Assembly: GCF_056746865.1 (NCBI RefSeq)
Contig: NZ_CM163382.1
Reading direction: 5' to 3' (one strand)
DNA length: 64,000 nt
A program made the position numbers and the translations under genes. Below the pieces are notes generated by a model, which saw only the letters and a program-made list of their open reading frames with translations, ran no database searches and was not told the DNA's origin. This document shows positions 57,897-64,000 of this stretch, piece after piece; position 1 is the first letter of the stretch, and every line of letters starts with the position of its first letter.

Positions 57897-58196
57897 ATGA
57901 TTGACCCGAAAAAAATTGAGCAAATCGCTCGCCAGGTTCACGAATCAATGCCTAAAGGAATCAGGGAGTTCGGGGAAGATGTGGAGAAAAAAATCCGCCA
58001 AACCCTACAAGCGCAACTGACGCGTCTCGATCTGGTGAGCCGCGAAGAATTCGACGTACAGACGCAAGTCCTGTTACGGACTCGTGAGAAACTGGCATTA
58101 CTGGAGCAGCGCATCAGTGAACTGGAAGCGCGCAATAATTCGGTAGCAGATCTTCAATCTCCTCCGGCTATCCCGCCTATTGATAAAGCAGAATAA
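57897..58196 (+). CDS. ubiK: Ubiquinone biosynthesis accessory factor (BMFP/YqiC coiled-coil family)
   Basis: About 99 aa from ATG at 57897 ([13 protein letters not shown]...). Confidence 0.85.
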   Translation: MIDPKKIEQIARQVHESMPKGIREFGEDVEKKIRQTLQAQLTRLDLVSREEFDVQTQVLLRTREKLALLEQRISELEARNNSVADLQSPPAIPPIDKAE

Positions 58197-58204
58197 AGCA
58201 ACAC

Positions 58205-58228
58205 AAAAACGGGCCAGACGGCCCGTAA
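58205..58228. terminator. Hairpin terminator between convergent ubiK and glgS
   Basis: acgggccagacggcccgt stem with T-run on minus strand. Confidence 0.6.
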
Positions 58229-58230
58229 TA

Positions 58231-58431
58231 TCAGTGTTCTAATTCAAGTTCTCTGGTTTGCATCATCTGTTGGCAATACCAGGCATAACGTGCGCAAAAC
58301 CAGGTTCTATGTTCTTCATCCATGTTACCAGTAACGGCCAGAATATCGACCGGGCGACCTTCTGCGTGCATTCTGGCAAAACTACGCGCCAGGAAATCGA
58401 AATTATTTAAAGAATTAAGACTATGATCCAT
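58231..58431 (-). CDS. glgS: Surface-composition regulator GlgS
   Basis: 66 aa from ATG at 58431 ([16 protein letters not shown]...). Confidence 0.9.
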
Positions 58432-58699
58432 AAGCACATCCTCCGGTTATCGCATACCTTTTAAGGCCATATGCTTTTTCTGATTTCAGTATTCCCCAAT
58501 CAGTGTAGTGCCTTTAAACATAACGTGCGTAAATATATTGTCCCCGATCACACTTTTTAGTGAAAAATAAAAAACCATATTAAAAGACTTTCTCTTCCAG
58601 AACTTCTCTAACATGTGTTATTATTAACAAAGATAAATGTAAGCAAGGAAACTATCCTAAAGTAAATATTGCGTCACTAAATGGACATTGGAGTGACAT

Positions 58700-59329
58700 A
58701 TGATTTTATTCGCCGACTATAACACCCCTTATCTTTTCGCTATTTCCTTTGTACTGTTGATCGGCCTTTTAGAAATTTTTGCGCTTATCTGCGGTCATAT
58801 GCTCTCCGGTGCTCTTGATGCACATCTTGACCATTATGATTCCATAACCACAGGTCATATTAGCCAGGCACTTCATTATCTCAATATCGGAAGATTGCCA
58901 GCTCTCGTCGTTCTCTGCTTACTGGCTGGTTTTTTTGGTCTTATTGGCATCCTGTTGCAGCATACCTGCATCATGGTCTGGCAATCACCACTCTCGAACC
59001 TGTTCGTGGTTCCTGTCAGTTTACTGTTTACGATTATTGCGGTGCATTATACCGGTAAAATAGTTGCGCCCTGGATTCCACGCGACCATAGTTCAGCTAT
59101 TACAGAAGAAGAATATATTGGTAGCATGGCGTTAATTACCGGACATCAAGCGACTTCAGGTAATCCCTGCGAAGGAAAACTCACCGATCAATTTGGCCAA
59201 ATACATTATTTACTACTGGAGCCTGAAGAAGGAAAAATTTTCACTAAAGGAGACAAAGTGTTAATTATTTGCCGACTTTCTGCAACGCGATATTTGGCGG
59301 AAAACAATCCCTGGCCCCAAATATTGTAA
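58700..59329 (+). CDS. yqiJ: NfeD-like inner membrane protein
   Basis: 209 aa with N-terminal TM helices and C-terminal OB-like domain. Confidence 0.85.
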   Translation: MILFADYNTPYLFAISFVLLIGLLEIFALICGHMLSGALDAHLDHYDSITTGHISQALHYLNIGRLPALVVLCLLAGFFGLIGILLQHTCIMVWQSPLSNLFVVPVSLLFTIIAVHYTGKIVAPWIPRDHSSAITEEEYIGSMALITGHQATSGNPCEGKLTDQFGQIHYLLLEPEEGKIFTKGDKVLIICRLSATRYLAENNPWPQIL

Positions 59330-59355
59330 TTTATTAATCAAAAGGAAATTTAATA

Positions 59356-61017
59356 ATGGATGATATTGTTAATTCTGTGCCCTCCTGGATGTTTACCGCA
59401 ATTATTGCCGTATGCATTCTGTTTATTATTGGAATTATTTTCGCCAGGCTCTATCGTCGCGCTTCGGCAGAGCAAGCTTTTGTTCGTACTGGTTTAGGTG
59501 GGCAAAAAGTGGTAATGAGCGGTGGCGCAATCGTGATGCCGATCTTTCATGAAATAATCCCCATCAATATGAATACCCTGAAGCTGGAAGTCAGCCGCTC
59601 AACCATTGATAGCCTGATTACGAAAGATCGTATGCGCGTCGATGTCGTGGTCGCTTTCTTTGTGCGGGTAAAACCTTCAGTTGAAGGGATTGCCACCGCC
59701 GCCCAGACGCTGGGACAACGCACCCTGTCGCCTGAAGACTTACGTATGTTGGTTGAAGATAAATTTGTCGATGCCCTCCGTGCAACAGCTGCACAAATGA
59801 CCATGCATGAGTTACAGGATACCCGCGAGAACTTCGTGCAGGGAGTACAAAATACCGTAGCTGAAGATCTGTCGAAAAACGGCCTGGAACTGGAAAGCGT
59901 TTCACTTACCAACTTTAACCAGACGTCGAAAGAACATTTCAATCCTAACAACGCCTTTGACGCCGAAGGTTTAACCAAGCTGACGCAGGAGACGGAGCGC
60001 CGTCGTCGCGAACGTAACGAAGTTGAACAGGATGTAGAAGTTGCGGTGCGTGAGAAAAACCGTGATGCGCTTTCGCGCAAGCTGGAGATTGAACAACAAG
60101 AAGCGTTTATGACGCTTGAGCAGGAGCAGCAGGTTAAAACCCGTACCGCTGAGCAGAATGCGAAAATTGCGGCTTTTGAGGCCGAGCGTCGTCGGGAAGC
60201 AGAGCAGACGCGAATTCTGGCTGAACGACAGATTCAGGAAACGGAAATCGACCGCGAACAGGCCGTCCGTTCCAGAAAAGTTGAAGCTGAACGTGAAGTT
60301 CGCATTAAAGAGATCGAACAGCAGCAGGTCACCGAAATCGCCAACCAGACGAAATCGATCGCTATTGCCGCCAAATCGGAACAGCAGTCACAAGCGGAAG
60401 CGCGTGCCAACCTTGCACTTGCAGAAGCGGTAAGCGCCCAGCAAAACGTTGAAACCACTCGCCAGACCGCAGAAGCCGATCGTGCTAAACAAGTTGCCCT
60501 AATCGCTGCCGCGCAGGACGCGGAAACCAAAGCAGTCGAACTGACCGTCCGGGCGAAAGCTGAAAAAGAAGCCGCAGAGATGCAGGCGGCGGCAATCGTT
60601 GAGTTAGCCGAAGCTACGCGTAAAAAGGGTCTGGCGGAAGCAGAAGCGCAACGTGCGCTGAACGACGCTATCAACGTACTTTCTGACGAGCAAACCAGCC
60701 TTAAATTCAAACTGGCGCTATTACAATCATTACCTGCGGTAATAGAGAAATCCGTTGAGCCGATGAAGTCCATTGACGGCATCAAGATTATTCAGGTCGA
60801 TGGATTAAACCGAGGTGGCGCTGCGGGGAATGCGGCATCAGGCAGCGTTAGTGGCGGAAACCTGGCAGAACAGGCATTGTCTGCCGCCCTTTCTTACCGC
60901 ACACAGGCACCACTGATTGACTCCTTGCTCAATGAAATCGGTGTTTCTGGCGGCTCGCTGGCGGCATTGACTTCACCCTTAACATCAACAACTCCCGTCG
61001 AAGAAAAAACAGAGTAA
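59356..61017 (+). CDS. yqiK: SPFH/band-7 (flotillin-like) membrane protein with long Ala/Glu/Arg-rich coiled coil
   Basis: 553 aa; N-terminal TM helix, SPFH domain, extended EAE/AEA-rich region. Confidence 0.9.
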   Translation: MDDIVNSVPSWMFTAIIAVCILFIIGIIFARLYRRASAEQAFVRTGLGGQKVVMSGGAIVMPIFHEIIPINMNTLKLEVSRSTIDSLITKDRMRVDVVVAFFVRVKPSVEGIATAAQTLGQRTLSPEDLRMLVEDKFVDALRATAAQMTMHELQDTRENFVQGVQNTVAEDLSKNGLELESVSLTNFNQTSKEHFNPNNAFDAEGLTKLTQETERRRRERNEVEQDVEVAVREKNRDALSRKLEIEQQEAFMTLEQEQQVKTRTAEQNAKIAAFEAERRREAEQTRILAERQIQETEIDREQAVRSRKVEAEREVRIKEIEQQQVTEIANQTKSIAIAAKSEQQSQAEARANLALAEAVSAQQNVETTRQTAEADRAKQVALIAAAQDAETKAVELTVRAKAEKEAAEMQAAAIVELAEATRKKGLAEAEAQRALNDAINVLSDEQTSLKFKLALLQSLPAVIEKSVEPMKSIDGIKIIQVDGLNRGGAAGNAASGSVSGGNLAEQALSAALSYRTQAPLIDSLLNEIGVSGGSLAALTSPLTSTTPVEEKTE

Positions 61018-61211
61018 ACCCTCTTCTATGAATAATCCCTGGCCCAAAAAGCCGGGGATTTTTTATATCTGCGTTCCGCTAAAAGGTGCAAATGATCAGG
61101 CTGTTGCAGCATTTTGCGTGACCGCTCGGGGAAGGGAAAACTGCCTCTGGGAAAGCGTTGCGCGGGGTCTGGCGCTCATCAACAATCGGGGAGTCAGCAG
61201 GGGGCTGAAAC

Positions 61212-61352
61212 GGGAAAGCCCCTCCCGAAGAAGGGGCCTTATAGAAGGAAAGGGTTATGATGAAGCTCGTCATCATACTGATTGTGTTGTTACTAGTAAG
61301 TTTCCAGGCTTATTAACAACCAATTCAGAGGGGGGAGAAATCCTCCCTTACC
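61212..61352 (-). ncRNA. sibD: Sib antisense sRNA (antitoxin), copy 1; ends approximate
   Basis: Antisense to ibs ORF; minus-strand terminator hairpin gccccttcttcgggaggggc plus T-run at about 61217-61240. Confidence 0.55.
61257..61316 (+). CDS. ibsD: Ibs type I toxin, 19 aa (MMKLVIILIVLLLVSFQAY)
   Basis: Hand-translated; hydrophobic 19-mer typical of Ibs; ggaaaggg SD-like sequence upstream. Confidence 0.7.
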   Translation: MMKLVIILIVLLLVSFQAY

Positions 61353-61588
61353 CTTGTTCCTTTACTTTAGGTTGAAAAAAAATCAGCGTCAAGAAGGTTT
61401 CTCTATCCCACATCCCTGGCCCAAAAAGCCGGGGATTTTTTATATCTGCGTTCCGCTAAAAGGTGCAAATGATCAGGCTGTTGCAGCATTTTGCGTGACG
61501 GCTCGGGGAAGGCAAAACTGCATCAGGGAAAGCATTGCGCGGGGTCTGGCGCTCATCAACAATCGGGGAGTCAGCAAGGGGCTGAAAC

Positions 61589-61729
61589 GGGAAAGCCCCT
61601 CCCGAAGAAGGGGCCTTGTATAAGGAAAGGGTTATGATGAAGCTGGTCATCATACTGATTGTGTTGTTACTCGTAAGTTTCGCAGCTTATTAACAGCCAA
61701 TCAGAGGGGGGAGAAATCCTCCCTCACCC
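61589..61729 (-). ncRNA. sibE: Sib antisense sRNA (antitoxin), copy 2; ends approximate
   Basis: Same architecture as copy 1. Confidence 0.55.
61634..61693 (+). CDS. ibsE: Ibs type I toxin, 19 aa (MMKLVIILIVLLLVSFAAY)
   Basis: Hand-translated; differs from copy 1 by Q17A. Confidence 0.7.
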   Translation: MMKLVIILIVLLLVSFAAY

Positions 61730-61812
61730 TTGTTCCTTTACTTTAGGTTGAAAAAAAAACAGCGTCAATAGGCCTGCCAGGTTCGAAGCGAGATCTGTGA
61801 ACCGCTTTCCGG

Positions 61813-63246
61813 TTAGCCTTTTTTATCCTGTTGGATCTTCTTGATGATGTTGGTCGTCGAGCAACCGTCTTCAAAGTTGAGCACCAACACTTCGCCACCG
61901 TTGGCCCAGACTTCTTTACTCCCGGCAATCTCTTCTGGTTTATAGTCGCCGCCTTTCACCAGCAGGTCTGGCAAGATCCCGGCGATCAGGCGCTGCGGCG
62001 TGTCTTCTTCAAACGACACCACCCAGTCGACCGCTTCCAGTGCACCCAGCACAATCATACGCTGCTCGAGAGGGTTAACGGGGCGGGAATCCCCTTTCAG
62101 CCGTTTGGTGGAAGCATCGCTGTTGACGGCGACAATCAAACGGTCACCCAGTTTACGGGCATTTGCCAGATAAGAGACGTGCCCGGCGTGCAGGATGTCA
62201 AAGACGCCATTGGTCATTACCACCTTTTCGCCGCGTTTACGCGCCGCCGCCACAGCAAGCTTCAGTTCCTCTTCGGTCATCACACCAAAGCCGGTATCTG
62301 CACGTCCACGTACTGCGTTTTCCAGCTCGATCGGCGAAACCGTGGATGTCCCCAGTTTGCCGACCACTACGCCTGCCGCCGCATTAGCAAAGAAGCAGGC
62401 TTCTTCCAGCGAATTACCCGCCGCCAGCGTTGCCGCCAGGACACCAATCACCGTGTCGCCCGCACCGGTAACGTCATACACTTCCTGCGCCTGAGTTGGC
62501 ATATGCAGCGGCGTTTTGCCCGGTTGCAGCAGCGACATACCCTGTTCGGAACGGGTCACTAACAGAGCCGAGAGTTCGTAATCGGCAATCAGTTTCATGC
62601 CGCGTTCAACAATCTCTTCTTCGGTCTTACATTTACCGACAACAGCTTCAAATTCCGAGAGATTCGGCGTTAACAGCGTAGCGCCGCGGTAGCGCTCAAA
62701 ATCGGTGCCTTTTGGATCAATCAGCACCGGAACGCCCGCTTTACGCGCCAGTTGGATCATCTGCTGCACGCTTGCCAGCGCACCTTTCGCGTAGTCAGAG
62801 AGCACCAGCGCGCCAATCGAACTCAGCGCCTGATTAATCCGCTCGTGCAGCGGCTGCGGATCAACCCCTTCGAAACCTTCTTCAAAATCCAGACGGATCA
62901 GCTGTTGGTTGCGGGAAAGTACCCGTAATTTGGTGATGGTCGGATGCGTCGGTACAGAAACGAAGTCGCATTTGACGTTGACGTCGGCCAGAGATTTACT
63001 CAGCGCGCGCGCTGCATCGTCAATGCCCGTCAACCCGACCAGGCGTGCATTAGCACCGAGAGAAGCGATATTCATCGCCACGTTAGCCGCGCCGCCCGGA
63101 CGTTCTTCGATGGTATTCACTTTAACCACGGGCACCGGCGCTTCCGGCGAGATACGACTGGTGGGGCCGTACCAGTAACGATCCAGCATCACATCACCAA
63201 CCACCATCACTCCTGCACGTTCAAACTCTGGCAGCGTTACTTTCAT
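61813..63246 (-). CDS. hldE: Bifunctional D-beta-D-heptose 7-phosphate kinase / D-beta-D-heptose 1-phosphate adenylyltransferase
   Basis: 477 aa; N-terminal ribokinase-like and C-terminal cytidylyltransferase-like domains. Confidence 0.95.
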   Translation of the reverse strand: MKVTLPEFERAGVMVVGDVMLDRYWYGPTSRISPEAPVPVVKVNTIEERPGGAANVAMNIASLGANARLVGLTGIDDAARALSKSLADVNVKCDFVSVPTHPTITKLRVLSRNQQLIRLDFEEGFEGVDPQPLHERINQALSSIGALVLSDYAKGALASVQQMIQLARKAGVPVLIDPKGTDFERYRGATLLTPNLSEFEAVVGKCKTEEEIVERGMKLIADYELSALLVTRSEQGMSLLQPGKTPLHMPTQAQEVYDVTGAGDTVIGVLAATLAAGNSLEEACFFANAAAGVVVGKLGTSTVSPIELENAVRGRADTGFGVMTEEELKLAVAAARKRGEKVVMTNGVFDILHAGHVSYLANARKLGDRLIVAVNSDASTKRLKGDSRPVNPLEQRMIVLGALEAVDWVVSFEEDTPQRLIAGILPDLLVKGGDYKPEEIAGSKEVWANGGEVLVLNFEDGCSTTNIIKKIQQDKKG

Positions 63247-63293
63247 TCCTGTCTCCTGAGAGATTCAAAATTTGCGCGCGATAATACCATACT

Positions 63294-64000
63294 TCATTCT
63301 TCCACCAGCCACTTCTGCCAGCTTGCCCGCACCAGTTCACGCTCTGCGGTGAAGCAATCCTCCGACACATGGCCCGGCAATTCCTGTAATGCCAGATGAT
63401 GAAGTTCATCGCGCAGCGTCGTGTAAGCACGGGTCAGCGCCATCGCTTCCTGCTCTTCCATAATGTCGTTTTGCGCCAGTAGTTCCAGAATGCGCACGTT
63501 GTCTGACCAGCGCGTTAACTTCGGTTTTTCATGAGCGTAGCGCAACACCAGATATTGAGTAATAAATTCGATATCGGTAATTCCGCCTTCATCGGCTTTG
63601 ATATCAAAGCGATCGCGATGTTTATTGCCGAGATGGGCACGCATTTTCTCGCGCATTTCCCGCACTTCTGTTTGCAGGGTTTTGCCTTCGCGCGGCAGCG
63701 TCATAATCTCCCGGCGTACTGCGTCAAAGTGCGCGGTGAGCTGCGGATCGCCGTACACTACACGCGCACGCACCAGCGCCTGATGTTCCCACGTCCAGGC
63801 CTCGTTTTTCTGATAATCGGCAAACGCTTCTGCGGAGGTAACCAGCATTCCCGCCGCCCCGGACGGACGCAGTCTAGCATCCACTTCATACAAAATGCCG
63901 GAAGAGGTTCGCGTACTGAACAGATGCATAATGCGTTGCGCCAGACGCAGATAAAACTGTCGCCCGTCGATTTCCCGCTCGCCGTCAGTCATCGCATCCA
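63294..64000 (-). CDS. glnE: Glutamine synthetase adenylyltransferase, C-terminal part (gene continues beyond window end)
   Basis: Open minus-strand frame to window edge; track ORF 63294-63992 is an internal Met of a longer protein. Confidence 0.85.

Larger units (their letters stand above)
61030..61380. repeat. QUAD1-type repeat, copy 1 (carries ibs/sib type I toxin-antitoxin)
   Basis: About 350-bp unit repeated again 377 bp downstream with high identity. Confidence 0.8.
61407..61757. repeat. QUAD1-type repeat, copy 2
   Basis: 377-bp offset copy of the 61030-61380 unit. Confidence 0.8.

Noticed and set aside
60234-60785. 183-aa Cys/Ser/Ala-rich minus-strand ORF
   Set aside because: Lies entirely antisense to the yqiK coiled-coil region; the open frame is a by-product of the repetitive GC-rich Ala/Glu codon periodicity on the coding strand.
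61028-61653. Track ORFs of 65-115 aa on both strands within the yqiK-hldE spacer
   Set aside because: They fall inside the two QUAD1-type repeat units and are duplicated as a consequence; the credible products are the 19-aa Ibs peptides and antisense Sib RNAs.
61030-61757. Possible CRISPR array (tandem repeats)
   Set aside because: Only two long (about 350-bp) units with no short repeat-spacer periodicity and no cas genes nearby.
61831-62562. 243-aa plus-strand ORF
   Set aside because: Antisense to hldE; shadow ORF.

Overview
This window reads as a largely conserved Escherichia coli chromosomal segment, co-linear with the K-12 yghQ–glnE region (about 67–69 min). Gene identities come from recognising the translated ORFs from memory; no database search was run. 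Gene order is: yghQ(partial)-yghR-yghS / yghT / pitB / gss / yghU / hybGFEDCBAO (hydrogenase 2) / yghW / yghX pseudogene / yghZ / yqhA / yghA / IS200 insertion plus REP cluster / exbDB / metC / yghB / yqhC-yqhD-dkgA / yqhGH / ygiQ / ftsP / plsC / parC / ygiS / mqsRA / ygiV / ygiW / qseBC / ygiZ / mdaB-ygiN / parE-yqiA-cpdA-yqiB-nudF / tolC-ygiBC / assT-dsbL-dsbI / ygiD / zupT / ribB with FMN riboswitch / ubiK / glgS / yqiJK / two sib-ibs type I toxin-antitoxin repeats / hldE / glnE(partial). Three places differ from the K-12 arrangement as I remember it: an IS200-family insertion between yghA and exbD, the assT-dsbL-dsbI island behind an AT-rich leader between ygiC and ygiD, and no fimbrial/IS2 block between ubiK and glgS. 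That pattern suggests a non-K-12 (ExPEC-like) strain. I found no CRISPR array, prophage, integrase or obvious defence island. I see no convincing evidence for a wholly undescribed system; the least characterised modules are the yghQRST kinase-like cluster, yqiJK, ygiBC and two small-ORF candidates. Intergenic coordinates are hand-counted and may be off by a few bases.
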